Assembly: GCA_902535365.1 (NCBI GenBank)
Contig: CACATF010000001.1
Location: forward strand, 68,077 to 132,076
Direction: 5' to 3'
Length of the DNA stretch: 64,000 nucleotides
From: an uncultured SAR86 cluster bacterium
GTDB lineage: Bacteria; Pseudomonadota; Gammaproteobacteria; Magnimaribacterales; TMED112
The notes under the pieces are model-generated. The model had not been told where the DNA came from and did no database searches. It saw only the letters and a list, made by a program, of their open reading frames with translations. This document shows, one piece after another, positions 44,830 to 54,668 of this stretch. Within the stretch, counting starts at the first letter, position 1. Every line of letters begins with the position of its first letter. Both the position numbers and the translations under genes were made by a program.

Positions 44830-44974
44830 CTTCTTTTTCAATTAAATCGTCAACAATTTCCATAAGCTCATCAACTAATTGAAATGTTTCATGAAAAGAG
44901 AACACAACTTCTCTATCTCTGCTTAATAAATGTAGACCGTCTTTAAGTTTTTTAAGTTGTTCTTGGTTGGACAT
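44819..44974 (-). CDS. Possible small acidic protein (51 aa)
   Basis: Manual translation gives MSNQEQLKKLKDGLHLLSRDREVVFSFHETFQLVDELMEIVDDLIEKEAKS. It overlaps the yaaA 3' end by 11 nt, has no obvious SD, and is below the track cut-off. Confidence 0.25.
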   Translation of the reverse strand: MSNQEQLKKLKDGLHLLSRDREVVFSFHETFQLVDELMEIVDDLIEKEAKS

Positions 44975-45109
44975 ATTGCTGATATTCTAATGAACTTTCA
45001 AGGCAAAGCAATGTCAAAATTTGTTGAAAAAGGTAAAAAAATAGTGGTAATATACTCTTCCACTGATTTGATAATAAACAATATTTATATTATATTATAA
45101 AAATCTATT

Positions 45110-45958
45110 ATGAGTTATGCTTTAGCGCTAACAAATCCTGGGTCAGATCTTGATAGATATTTGTCTCAGGTATATTCAATACCTGTTCTCACCAGAGAAG
45201 AGGAGCTAGAGCTCACCCAAGAATTCTTTAAAACTGAAGATGTTCAGATTGCCCACAAGCTTGTAATCTCCCATTTACGCTTTGTTGTACACATAGCAAA
45301 GTCATATGCAGGTTATGGTTTGCCATTGGCAGATATTATTCAAGAAGGTAACTTAGGGCTCCTAAAAGCAGTGAAAAAATTTGACCCTGAAAAAGGTGTA
45401 AGACTTGTCTCTTTCGCAGTGCATTGGATCAAAGCTGAAATTCATGAATTTATTCTGAAGAATTGGAGAATAGTTAAGATTGCTACAACGAAAGCACAAC
45501 GAAAACTGTTTTTTAATCTAAGAAGTAAGAAAAAAAGCACAGGCTGGCTCACTGATAAAGAAGCAAGAAAAATAGCTGAAGATCTAGATGTGTCTTATAA
45601 AGAAGTTATGCATATGGAAAACAGACTTAATTCTACTGATACACCATTTGATTTACCTTCGGATGAAGAGGATGATGAAAAAGCATTTTCCCCAAGCCAA
45701 TACTTGGAAGACCATTCATTCAACCCAGAACATATCGCTGAAAAAGATAACTGGGAAGAAGTTAATCATGGCGCGTTACTAAAGAACATTGCGTCCTTGG
45801 ACAAAAGGTCACAAGACATCATCAGAGCAAGATGGTTAGATGACGTTAAGCTCACACTTAATGAGTTAGCTGAAAAGTATTCTGTGTCGGCAGAAAGAAT
45901 TAGGCAAATTGAGGCTACTGCATTCAAAAAGCTTAAAACTTCATTAGTGAATATTTGA
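45110..45958 (+). CDS. rpoH: RNA polymerase heat-shock sigma factor RpoH (sigma-32)
   Basis: Sigma70 regions 2 and 4 plus the diagnostic RpoH box QRKLFFNLR. Confidence 0.93.
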   Translation: MSYALALTNPGSDLDRYLSQVYSIPVLTREEELELTQEFFKTEDVQIAHKLVISHLRFVVHIAKSYAGYGLPLADIIQEGNLGLLKAVKKFDPEKGVRLVSFAVHWIKAEIHEFILKNWRIVKIATTKAQRKLFFNLRSKKKSTGWLTDKEARKIAEDLDVSYKEVMHMENRLNSTDTPFDLPSDEEDDEKAFSPSQYLEDHSFNPEHIAEKDNWEEVNHGALLKNIASLDKRSQDIIRARWLDDVKLTLNELAEKYSVSAERIRQIEATAFKKLKTSLVNI

Positions 45959-45999
45959 ATAAATATTCTCCAATCTTCTAATACCATATAATCACTTCA

Positions 46000-46638
46000 A
46001 TGATTAAGACTTTTAGTTCACGGGCTGGCCGACTATCACCAAAAAACAAGAAATTTCTGTCAACAGAATCGGAGTGCTTATTAAGTGCTGGAGAAAAACC
46101 AATCACTCAAAACCCAATTGCATTAGACATAGGGTTTGGGGATGCTCAATCATTTTCAGAAGATGTTGCTGCAAATGAAAATGTGACTTTTATTGGTATT
46201 GAGCCCTATAAGAAGGGTTTTGCTCGTGCGGTAGAATTCTTTGAGGAAACAAAGCCTGCAAACCTATATCTCTTTAATGGTGACGCTCGTGAGTTCATAG
46301 AGCTAATGGATTTTTCAGTAAACTTTATTCGGATTCACTTTCCTGATCCTTGGCCAAAGAAAAGACACACGAAAAGAAGGCTCATTTCCAAGCAATTTTT
46401 AAAAACACTTAGCAAAATACTTTGCCCAGATGGTTTGGTGCAAATCGTGACTGACTCAAAGATTTATCAGATGCATATCGATGAAGTGCTTGAGTATCAA
46501 CAATTATTTGAAACTACAAACTCTTTCCCAATTTCATACCAAGTTTCTACTTTTCATAAAAAGGGCCTAAACAAAGGCCACACAATAAAAGAGTATAATT
46601 TGAAACTTATTACCCCATGTAATCAAACATCAGGATAG
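46000..46638 (+). CDS. trmB: tRNA (guanine46-N7)-methyltransferase TrmB
   Basis: Motifs DIGFGDA and HFPDPWPKKRHTKRR. Confidence 0.9.
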   Translation: MIKTFSSRAGRLSPKNKKFLSTESECLLSAGEKPITQNPIALDIGFGDAQSFSEDVAANENVTFIGIEPYKKGFARAVEFFEETKPANLYLFNGDAREFIELMDFSVNFIRIHFPDPWPKKRHTKRRLISKQFLKTLSKILCPDGLVQIVTDSKIYQMHIDEVLEYQQLFETTNSFPISYQVSTFHKKGLNKGHTIKEYNLKLITPCNQTSG

Positions 46639-47161
46639 TTAATATTCTTTCTGTTAATTGCAAAACAAAAAAGGCAACAAGAGGGCTCAAATCAAAACCT
46701 CCAGTTGGCGGAATAACATTCCTAAAAATAGAGACAGTTGACTCATAAAGTTCTTGCAATAGCGTGGTAAAAGAGTTGTAGAAGCTTGCCCCAAAGCTAT
46801 ATAGCCAACTTAAAATCACCCCAGCGATAATTACAAACTTCAATATCCCAATAAGTGCTCGAGCAGTTTCAAAAAAAGTGAAATTAATGATGGTGCCAAG
46901 ACTCAGGCCCGGCAATATAAAATAAAAAGTCACACCATTGATAAGCAGGGCGGCGAAAAGCAGGCCAATATTAAATTTTTTGTAATAAATATTCATTATT
47001 AGCAAAATGGGATACAGAATTATCTTTAATATGCGAGCTATTTTGTTGTAAGAGTCAGCTTTTGCTAGATCTATCAAAAATAACAACAATATTAGGTAGA
47101 CCACAATAGTTTTTATATTCAACAAAAGAGCTAAAAAAGTGGTTACTTCTAAAAAATTCAT
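46610..47161 (-). CDS. yggT: YggT family membrane protein
   Basis: Duplicated YGGT-type hydrophobic repeats with a C-terminal IPPTGGFDLSPLVAFFVLQL. Located downstream of yggS. Confidence 0.7.
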   Translation of the reverse strand: MNFLEVTTFLALLLNIKTIVVYLILLLFLIDLAKADSYNKIARILKIILYPILLIMNIYYKKFNIGLLFAALLINGVTFYFILPGLSLGTIINFTFFETARALIGILKFVIIAGVILSWLYSFGASFYNSFTTLLQELYESTVSIFRNVIPPTGGFDLSPLVAFFVLQLTERILTILMFDYMG

Positions 47162-47796
47162 TATTTTCTCTTTCCAAAAATTTTCGTGCCAATTCTGATC
47201 ATTGTTGACCCATGCTTAACAGCATCTTCCCAATCATTAGACATGCCCAAAGACAAAATTTCAATATTTTTATTCATCACACGAATTCGGTTATAGAGAT
47301 TATTGCATTGGTCAAACTGCACTGCTCGTTCTGTTTCAGAGATATTGTTTTCAGTGATCCCCATTAAACCGCATACTTTTACATTTGAATCTTCAGGGTG
47401 TTGTTCAATGATATTAATTATTTCTTTTTCAGTAAGGCCACTTTTTGTATCCTCATGCCCTAATTTTAATTGCAGCAGAATGTTAATCTCTTTTTCTAAT
47501 CCTGTTTTAAGCAAATGGTTATAAACTTTTGTGCGCCCAACAGACTGAATTAATGATGAATATTGGGCAATGAGTTTTATTTTGTTTGTTTGAATATTGC
47601 CTAAAAAATGCCAATTAATATCTTTGGGCAGTTGTTTCCTCTTTTCAACTAGTTCTTGAATAAAGTTCTCACCAAAATCTCTGTGTCCCTCATTGTAGAG
47701 AGCTATAATTTTTTCGACACTATGTTTTTTTGAGACAGCAACCAAACAAGTGCCGTTGAGATTGCTCCTTATGGATTTGTAGGTTTCAAGATTCAT
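47161..47796 (-). CDS. yggS: PLP homeostasis protein YggS
   Basis: Motifs LVAVSKKH, FGENFIQE and WHFLGNIQTNK. Confidence 0.85.
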   Translation of the reverse strand: MNLETYKSIRSNLNGTCLVAVSKKHSVEKIIALYNEGHRDFGENFIQELVEKRKQLPKDINWHFLGNIQTNKIKLIAQYSSLIQSVGRTKVYNHLLKTGLEKEINILLQLKLGHEDTKSGLTEKEIINIIEQHPEDSNVKVCGLMGITENNISETERAVQFDQCNNLYNRIRVMNKNIEILSLGMSNDWEDAVKHGSTMIRIGTKIFGKRK

Positions 47797-48277
47797 TGTT
47801 TATCTTTATGCAAGACCTGATCTCAAGAGAGTCCATGTTAAAGCGACGCAACACTTCTCGTGCATTATTGGTTTGAGATCTATTTTCAAAAGGACCCACT
47901 ATAACTTTGTAGTTGAACCCATTTGCACTACTAACATTTTCAACTTCGGCAGTGTAATCAATATTTTGTAGTTGTTCGACTTGGCTCATGGCAGCTTCAT
48001 AGGACCTAAAACTTCCTGATTGAGCAAAATACCTACACTCCTCTTCTGGCACAACCTCAACGATATCTAAATTATTAAAAGAGTCCTCTTCAAGAATTGT
48101 TTGAAACTCGTATTCAATTTCTTGCACCTCAAATTCATTCAAATCCAAAAAATTCTCATCATCGTCAAGAAAATACATCACTGAAATAGAAGAAATTGCT
48201 GCGACTATGAACGCTAGCGATATTGTTGGGACAGCTTTAAGAGGAAATTTTTTGTTCTTATAGGAAATATCAGCCAT
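47786..48277 (-). CDS. SPOR domain-containing membrane protein
   Basis: N-terminal TM and a C-terminal SPOR-like repeat (YFAQSGSFRSYEAAMSQVEQL...YKVIVGPFENRSQTNNAREVL). Follows argS. Confidence 0.65.
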   Translation of the reverse strand: MADISYKNKKFPLKAVPTISLAFIVAAISSISVMYFLDDDENFLDLNEFEVQEIEYEFQTILEEDSFNNLDIVEVVPEEECRYFAQSGSFRSYEAAMSQVEQLQNIDYTAEVENVSSANGFNYKVIVGPFENRSQTNNAREVLRRFNMDSLEIRSCIKINNES

Positions 48278-48278
48278 A

Positions 48279-49988
48279 TCACATCTTTTCTAGAGGCTTA
48301 ACATTAAGCAGCCTGAAGCTTTTCTCAATCACTAATTTAGTAGTCTCTGTAATCAATAATCTTGCATTGGATACAGCCTCATCGTCACAAATAACGGGGC
48401 TTGTTTCGTAAAATGAATGAAAAGAAGCAGCAAGCTCTTTAACAAAATGCACTAATGAGTGAGGCGATCTTTCCTCAGTGTACTCTTTAATGTGTTTTGG
48501 AAAATTTAGCACCTTAACTAGCAAGTCAAAGTTTGCATTAATTTCTTGATCAGATATTTTTTCTTGTGGATTAAATCTTTTTTTACGAAGAATAGAATTG
48601 CAGCGAACATAAGCATACTGACTGTAGAAGTATGGGTTATTTTTGCTTTCCTCTTTTGCCAGGTTGATGTCAAAATCCATTGTGTGGTCTGATTTTTTTT
48701 CTAGGAAAAAGAATTTTATTACATCAGGCCCCAATTCTTTTCTTAGATCTTCTAATGAATAGAATTCCCCTCGTCGAGTCGACATGCTTCGCTTATTGCC
48801 ATCCTCATATAAATTAACAAGCTGATAAAGCATAAACTCGATATCTTGCTTATCATTTTTCATGACATCAAAAGCAGCTGTAAGCCTTGGTATATAGCCA
48901 TGATGATCAGCACCAAACACATTGATGCATAAATCATACTCTCGATCAATTTTATTCTTATGGTAGCCAACATCTGTCATGTAGTAAGTCGGCTCACCAT
49001 TCTCTCTGACCAGTACTCTGTCTTTATCGTCTGCAAAATCTGTTGATTTAAACCAACTAGCACCATCTTTTTTATATGTGTGCCCTTTGTTTTCAATGTC
49101 GATGAAAGATTTAGCTAAATCAGATTCGCTTTTATTGATTGAGCCCAATGAGCTCTCATGAAACCAGGTATCATGGTCAATGCCAAACTCTTCAAGCTCC
49201 CCTTTTATGATCTGCAGAATATTGGTCACTGCAAACTCTCTTGCGGCATTCCATAATTCTGGTGAAGTGTTTTTTAAATGGGCTGAGATTTGATCAAGCC
49301 TTTCATCTTTATCATCAGAAAGGCTGTCAAAGCTCAAGGTTAAATCGTTATCGCTTTGAGTTTTTTTAAATTGCAGTGCTAATGCATGTATATATTCACC
49401 TTCGTAGGTACCATCGGCATCAAAATCATCGCAATAAGCATTCAGAAGCAGACTGCTTGTCAGGATAGCTATTTGTCTGCCAGCATCATTAACATAATAT
49501 TCTTTGGTTACTTGGTAGCCAGAATTTTCCAGCAAGTTGGAGAGAACCATCCCCAAGATAGCGCCTCTACCATGCCCAACATGAAGTGGACCAGTAGGAT
49601 TTGAAGAAACAAATTCAACAAGAACACTGCCTTTATGTGTTTCAAGCTTGCCCCAATCTAGTCCTTGGGCAAGTATATTTTGCAAAGCATTTGCCTTGTC
49701 CTCAGTCTTTATAAATACATTAATGAACCCTGGCCCTTCAATGCTTATTTTTTCAATTGAGGTATTGTTGAGCTGTTGAACTATTTGATCTGCTAATTCT
49801 CGAGGGGATAATTTAAATTGTTTTGATAGTTTTAATGCACAACTTGTCGCATAGTCCCCATGATCTTTCTCAGTACTAATATCGAAAAAAACTAATCTAT
49901 CTATTTCTTCGCTGAGGGATAGGTTTGCTTTTTTTGCAAGTTCAGCAACTATATTCTTTAGATCAGCATCAAGACTATCTAATATCAT
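48279..49988 (-). CDS. argS: Arginine--tRNA ligase
   Basis: Class I HIGH (NPTGPLHVGHGR), an MSTRRG (KMSKS-like) motif and a DALR anticodon-binding domain. Confidence 0.95.
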   Translation of the reverse strand: MILDSLDADLKNIVAELAKKANLSLSEEIDRLVFFDISTEKDHGDYATSCALKLSKQFKLSPRELADQIVQQLNNTSIEKISIEGPGFINVFIKTEDKANALQNILAQGLDWGKLETHKGSVLVEFVSSNPTGPLHVGHGRGAILGMVLSNLLENSGYQVTKEYYVNDAGRQIAILTSSLLLNAYCDDFDADGTYEGEYIHALALQFKKTQSDNDLTLSFDSLSDDKDERLDQISAHLKNTSPELWNAAREFAVTNILQIIKGELEEFGIDHDTWFHESSLGSINKSESDLAKSFIDIENKGHTYKKDGASWFKSTDFADDKDRVLVRENGEPTYYMTDVGYHKNKIDREYDLCINVFGADHHGYIPRLTAAFDVMKNDKQDIEFMLYQLVNLYEDGNKRSMSTRRGEFYSLEDLRKELGPDVIKFFFLEKKSDHTMDFDINLAKEESKNNPYFYSQYAYVRCNSILRKKRFNPQEKISDQEINANFDLLVKVLNFPKHIKEYTEERSPHSLVHFVKELAASFHSFYETSPVICDDEAVSNARLLITETTKLVIEKSFRLLNVKPLEKM

Positions 49989-50551
49989 TCCTTCACTCTA
50001 CCTACATATGAACCATCTCGGGTATCTATTTTGACGGTATCATCCTCATTTACAAATAAAGGGACCTGAACCTCGATACCGGACGAAAGTTTTGCTGGTT
50101 TAAGGGTATTGGAAACAGTATCACCTTTAAGGCCGGGTTCAGTGCTCACAACTTTTTTTTCAACAAAAGTCGGAGGCTCAATATTTAAAACAGCGCCATC
50201 CCAAAAAAGAATTTTGCACTCCTCCTCTCCATCTAGCCAATGCTTAATCTCACCAAGTTGCTCACTGTTAACCTCGACTTGTTCGTAAGTTGATTGATCC
50301 ATAAACACGTAATTTTCCCCTTCGTTGTAGAGAAATTGAAAATCTTTTTCAATAACATCAGCGCTTTCTACACTCTCTCCAGACTTGAAAGTTCTCTCCC
50401 AAACCTTTTGGGTACGCAGGTTATAAAGTTTGGTTCTCATAACTGCTTGCCCCTTTCCTGGCTTATGGAACTCATATGAAAGAACAGAACATGGCTCTCC
50501 TTCAATAAGTAGCTTCATGCCTTGTTTGAACTGGTTGGTTGAATACTTCAT
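49985..50551 (-). CDS. efp: Elongation factor P
   Basis: 188 aa with the conserved loop HKPGKGQAVMRTKL (Lys-type modification site). Confidence 0.95.
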   Translation of the reverse strand: MKYSTNQFKQGMKLLIEGEPCSVLSYEFHKPGKGQAVMRTKLYNLRTQKVWERTFKSGESVESADVIEKDFQFLYNEGENYVFMDQSTYEQVEVNSEQLGEIKHWLDGEEECKILFWDGAVLNIEPPTFVEKKVVSTEPGLKGDTVSNTLKPAKLSSGIEVQVPLFVNEDDTVKIDTRDGSYVGRVKE

Positions 50552-50591
50552 TTTTGCAAATTATTGTCTCATAATTTCCTTAGGAAAAATT

Positions 50592-51479
50592 ATGGCAAAA
50601 TCTATTTTACAACCTTTAACGTTTCTTTCTATTACGGTTTTTACATTTTTAATCTGTTGGTTGCTTGGAGTAACTGTCAGCGAAAATACATTATCGATAA
50701 ATGGCACTTCTTTAATTATGAAAGCTATGTGCATCTCTTTTATAATTCATGGAGTTCTTTTCATACCTTCATACCTTTTTCAAACAGAAAAATTTTATGA
50801 CCTCACTGGGTCTGTGACCTACGTTACTACTCTTGGCTACGTTGTCTATGAGGCTTATCAACTCACTGGTGGCCTAGATATAAGAACCTTAGTTATTGCA
50901 GCCTGCATAATGATTTGGACATTAAGGTTAGGAAGTTTTCTTTTTTGGAGAGTACTAAAAGATGGGGAGGACAAGAGGTTTAGATCTATTCTGCCAAGTT
51001 TTACACAGCTTTTAATGACCTGGGCGCTTTCAGCAGCTTGGGTGTTCATACAATCTCTTTCAGCCCTAGTTGCAATTACTGCACTAACTCGCGTTGAGTT
51101 TGGTGTTTTAGGTTATATTGGGCTAGCTTTATGGGTCTTTGGCTTTCTGTTTGAAGTGTTGGCTGATCATCAGAAAACACAGTTTAAGGCTAACCCTGCA
51201 AACGAAGGCAAATTCATAAACGAAGGGTTATGGACTAAATCACGACATCCAAATTATTTTGGAGAGATTGTTCTTTGGCTTGGTATATCAGTAATGTCTG
51301 TTTCAGTAATGTCTGGAATGCAGTATGTTTCATTAATATCGCCTGTCTTTAGTTTTATGCTCATTTACTATGTTAGTGGTGTAAGAATGCTTGAAGCTAG
51401 GTCAGATAAAAAATGGGGAAATTCAGCAGAATATCAAGACTACAAAAAGAATGTACCCATCTTTGTGCCTAAACTTTAA
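50592..51479 (+). CDS. DUF1295 / steroid 5-alpha-reductase-like membrane protein
   Basis: C-terminal GLWTKSRHPNYFGEIVLWLG motif. The start is placed at MAKSILQ because the track ORF start (50430) overlaps efp on the opposite strand. Confidence 0.75.
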   Translation: MAKSILQPLTFLSITVFTFLICWLLGVTVSENTLSINGTSLIMKAMCISFIIHGVLFIPSYLFQTEKFYDLTGSVTYVTTLGYVVYEAYQLTGGLDIRTLVIAACIMIWTLRLGSFLFWRVLKDGEDKRFRSILPSFTQLLMTWALSAAWVFIQSLSALVAITALTRVEFGVLGYIGLALWVFGFLFEVLADHQKTQFKANPANEGKFINEGLWTKSRHPNYFGEIVLWLGISVMSVSVMSGMQYVSLISPVFSFMLIYYVSGVRMLEARSDKKWGNSAEYQDYKKNVPIFVPKL

Positions 51480-51581
51480 AAACGTGTATTTTATACATCT
51501 AAAAAAAGCCCCAAAAAGGGTGTAAAATCTAATGAATTTGGTATATTTAACCACCAAGTTTAAAAAAAGGGTAAAAAAATC

Positions 51582-52331
51582 ATGAAATCGTACGTATATT
51601 TATTATCCCTATTGGCGTTTTTTGCATTAAGTGATGGCGCTGATATTGACCAGATTCTGGAAGTGAATGACAACAATATTGTTCAGTCAGAATCATCTCA
51701 AGAAAAGGTTGATAATCTTGCCGATGAAAAAGATTCACTCCTTGCCGAATGGAAGGTTGTGGTAAAACAAGTCGAAGGATTAAAAATCTATAATGCTCAA
51801 AAGAGACAACAGATCAAAGCCCAGGAAGAAAGGCTTGTAACCCTAGCTGAACAAACAAGACAAGTTGTTGTTATTCAAAGACAGATTCCACCACTTATGG
51901 AAAGAATGGCAGACAGTCTTGAACAGTTTGTTAATCTAGATGCTCCATTCTCACTTAACGAAAGAGTTAAGAGAGTTAACCAGGTTAGAAATACATTATC
52001 TGATCCTAAGGTGACAGCATCTGAGCAAGTTAGACAAGTTCTAGAAGCTTATAACATTGAAAGAGAATACGGCAGAACAATCGAAACATATGAAGATGCT
52101 ATTGTTCTTGACGGCGAGGAAAAGGTTGTAAACATTCTAAGAATTGGAAGGCTTGCACTTTTGTATCAATTAAAAGATCAAAGCGAAGCTGGAATCTGGG
52201 ATACAGAAACAAACCAGTGGGTAAAAGTTGATGGGTACAGAATTCCTGTCAGAGACGGTATCAGGATGGCAAATAAGGTTGCTCCTTTAGATCTGCTTTC
52301 TGTGCCTGTTAAATTTGAAGGAGGTGAATAA
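51582..52331 (+). CDS. DUF3450 periplasmic protein of TonB2-type system
   Basis: Signal peptide, a coiled coil and a conserved EAYNIEREYGRTIE segment. It is the first gene of a ttp/exbB/exbD/tonB-like operon. Confidence 0.75.
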   Translation: MKSYVYLLSLLAFFALSDGADIDQILEVNDNNIVQSESSQEKVDNLADEKDSLLAEWKVVVKQVEGLKIYNAQKRQQIKAQEERLVTLAEQTRQVVVIQRQIPPLMERMADSLEQFVNLDAPFSLNERVKRVNQVRNTLSDPKVTASEQVRQVLEAYNIEREYGRTIETYEDAIVLDGEEKVVNILRIGRLALLYQLKDQSEAGIWDTETNQWVKVDGYRIPVRDGIRMANKVAPLDLLSVPVKFEGGE

Positions 52332-53710
52332 TGAGAGCTATTAAGATCCTATTAATCTCCTCACTATTATTTTCTGTAAATCTTTTTGCACAAGAAGCTG
52401 AAACAGCACCTGCACCAACTAACTTGGATAAGTTGCTTGAGCTTGTAAAGGAAGGCAGAACCCAAGAACAGTCTGAGAATGATAAGCGAGAAGCTGAATT
52501 TAAAGCTTCAAGAGACAAGCAAAACGAAATTTTGAAAGCTGAGCAAAGAGAGCTTGCAAGACAAGAAAGAATTGCTGATCAATTAGAAGAAGAGTTTAGA
52601 AAGAACCAAGAAAAATTAAGAGTTGCTGAAGAAGCATACTTGAAACAATTAGGTTCTTTAAATGAGCTATTTGGACACATGCAAAGTATTAGTACTGATT
52701 CAAGAGTAACTTTTGAGTCATCTCTTACTGCTGCTGAGTTTGGTAAAGACAGAGAAGACTTCCTTAAAAACTTAACTCAAAAAATGGGCGAATCTACAGA
52801 GCTTCCAACTATAGAAGAAATTGAGCGTGTTTGGTACGAGATCATGCGTGAAATGAAAGCTACAGGTGAAGTAAGCAGATTTAGTGCTCAAGTCATTAAT
52901 GTTGATGGTACACAAACCAATTGTGACGTTGTAAGAATAGGTGTGTATAACGCAGTTTGTGGAAACAAATACTTAGAGTATGTTCCAGCAAAAGGCCAAT
53001 ATCAGTTCTTAGCAAGACAACCTGCGGGCAGATACACAAGCTCAGCAGGAAGAGTTTCTGATGCTGATGCGTCAAGCGGTTATGTAGGTTTCTCAGTGGA
53101 CCCAAGCGGCCCATCAGGTGGAGCATTGCTTGCTAACTTAGTACAAAACCCATCTTTAATCGAGAGAATTAACCAAGGTGGATTAATCGGTTACATCATT
53201 CTAGCTATTGGTGCGATAACTATGCTTTACGCAATTTATAAGTACACAATGCTATGGATGACAAGTAGAGCGGTTCAAGAACAACTAGCTAATGACAAAC
53301 CAGATGATTCAAATCCTCTTGGAAGAGTCCTCAATGTTGGTAAAACACATATGAAAGACGAGATAGACAGACTTGAGTTAAAACTTGCTGAAGCAATTAT
53401 GGGCGAAAGGCCTGCAATTGAAAGAGGTATAAGTTTTGTGAAGATTGTCTCAGTTGTTGCGCCACTAGCTGGTCTTTTAGGAACAGTTACAGGTATGATT
53501 ATCACATTCCAACAAATTACATTGTTTGGTACAGGTGATCCAAAAATCATGGCTGGTGGTATATCACAAGCACTTGTTACAACAGTTCTTGGTCTTGTGG
53601 TCGCTATTCCAACAACACTTGCACACTCATTCTTGCAGTCATCTGCAAGATCTGTTGTGGATGTTTTAGAAGAACAAGCAACTGGTATTGTTGCTGAAAA
53701 AGCTAAATAA
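52331..53710 (+). CDS. Long MotA/TolQ/ExbB-family proton channel protein (TtpC-like)
   Basis: 459 aa with an N-terminal periplasmic coiled coil and a C-terminal ExbB-type TM core (GLLGTVTGMIITF). Confidence 0.8.
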   Translation: MRAIKILLISSLLFSVNLFAQEAETAPAPTNLDKLLELVKEGRTQEQSENDKREAEFKASRDKQNEILKAEQRELARQERIADQLEEEFRKNQEKLRVAEEAYLKQLGSLNELFGHMQSISTDSRVTFESSLTAAEFGKDREDFLKNLTQKMGESTELPTIEEIERVWYEIMREMKATGEVSRFSAQVINVDGTQTNCDVVRIGVYNAVCGNKYLEYVPAKGQYQFLARQPAGRYTSSAGRVSDADASSGYVGFSVDPSGPSGGALLANLVQNPSLIERINQGGLIGYIILAIGAITMLYAIYKYTMLWMTSRAVQEQLANDKPDDSNPLGRVLNVGKTHMKDEIDRLELKLAEAIMGERPAIERGISFVKIVSVVAPLAGLLGTVTGMIITFQQITLFGTGDPKIMAGGISQALVTTVLGLVVAIPTTLAHSFLQSSARSVVDVLEEQATGIVAEKAK

Positions 53711-53712
53711 CA

Positions 53713-54255
53713 ATGTACTGGCTTACTGAGCTTTATATTTCTCTTAGAGACTTTATGGAACAGGGTGGGCCAGTATTATGGTATATAGCATTTCTAGTTA
53801 CATTCATGTGGGCTTTAATTTTTGAAAGAGTTTACTACTTCCTTTTCGTTCATGACGATTTTGCCCAAAACATAAGAAGTAAATATCTTTCAATGAAATT
53901 TAAATCCCCATGGCACAAAAACCAAACCAAAACCAGATTCATATCTGAAGGAAAAATATCAATTAATAGAAATGTTCAACTCATACAGGTATGTATTGCA
54001 TTATGTCCACTTTTTGGATTGATGGGTACAGTTACTGGTATGATCGAAGTTTTCCAAGTTATGGCTTTTACTGGTGGTGGTGACGCAAGGTCTATGGCTG
54101 GAGGTGTGTCAAAAGCAACTCTTCCAACAATGGCTGGTATGGTATCATCATTATCAGGAGTATTAGCTATGATTTGGGTCAAAAACCAAGTTGAATCAAA
54201 TGAATTGATGATGGTTGATTATGTAACTGGATCAAGCAAACAAGGAGCAAAATAA
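53713..54255 (+). CDS. exbB: Biopolymer transport protein ExbB
   Basis: 180 aa with the MotA/ExbB core GLMGTVTGMIEVF. Confidence 0.85.
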   Translation: MYWLTELYISLRDFMEQGGPVLWYIAFLVTFMWALIFERVYYFLFVHDDFAQNIRSKYLSMKFKSPWHKNQTKTRFISEGKISINRNVQLIQVCIALCPLFGLMGTVTGMIEVFQVMAFTGGGDARSMAGGVSKATLPTMAGMVSSLSGVLAMIWVKNQVESNELMMVDYVTGSSKQGAK

Positions 54256-54665
54256 TGAGAAGAAATGCAATAAGTGCAGCTGCTCGAGAAGAAGAAAGTG
54301 AAATTAATTTAACACCTATGCTTGATGTTGTTTTCATCATGCTCATTTTCTTCATTGTTACAGCTAACTTCATTAAAGAACCTGGCTTAGAAGTAAATAG
54401 ACCGGATTCTGATACATCTGAAATACAAGAAAATGCTGCAATTCTGATAGCCATTGGTGGAAATGATGAAATTTACATGGATGGAAGAAGAATTGATGTG
54501 AGACAAGTAAAAGCTAATGTATTGAAACTTTTAGCTGACAATCCACAAGGTACTGTGGTTATTCAGGCTGATGAGACTGCAAGTGCTGATGCCATTATTC
54601 AGGTAATGGATGGCGCTAGAGATGCAGGAGTTTTTGATATTTCTTTAGCTGCTGAACCAGATTAA
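54255..54665 (+). CDS. exbD: Biopolymer transport protein ExbD
   Basis: The INLTPMLDVVFIMLIFFIV anchor is typical of ExbD/TolR. Confidence 0.88.
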   Translation: MRRNAISAAAREEESEINLTPMLDVVFIMLIFFIVTANFIKEPGLEVNRPDSDTSEIQENAAILIAIGGNDEIYMDGRRIDVRQVKANVLKLLADNPQGTVVIQADETASADAIIQVMDGARDAGVFDISLAAEPD

Positions 54666-54668
54666 TTT

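Noticed and set aside
44990-45100. 36-codon plus-strand ORF (MNFQGKAMSKFVEKGKKIVVIYSSTDLIINNIYIIL) ending 10 nt before rpoH, considered as a regulatory uORF.
   Set aside because: Its Ile/Asn/Tyr-rich tail simply mirrors AT-rich promoter-like DNA, it has no SD, and it overlaps the likely rpoH promoter. It is probably not translated.
50430-50591. N-terminal extension of the DUF1295 ORF (track start 50430) overlapping efp on the opposite strand.
   Set aside because: The extension covers the efp 5' coding region. The hydrophobic DUF1295 body begins at the Met at 50592 (MAKSILQ), which leaves a normal divergent spacer.
51480-51581. Looked for a Fur box or iron-responsive operator upstream of the TonB2-type cluster.
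   Set aside because: The best candidate (taatgaatttggtat) has only weak resemblance to GATAATGATAATCATTATC, which cannot be distinguished from AT-rich background by eye.
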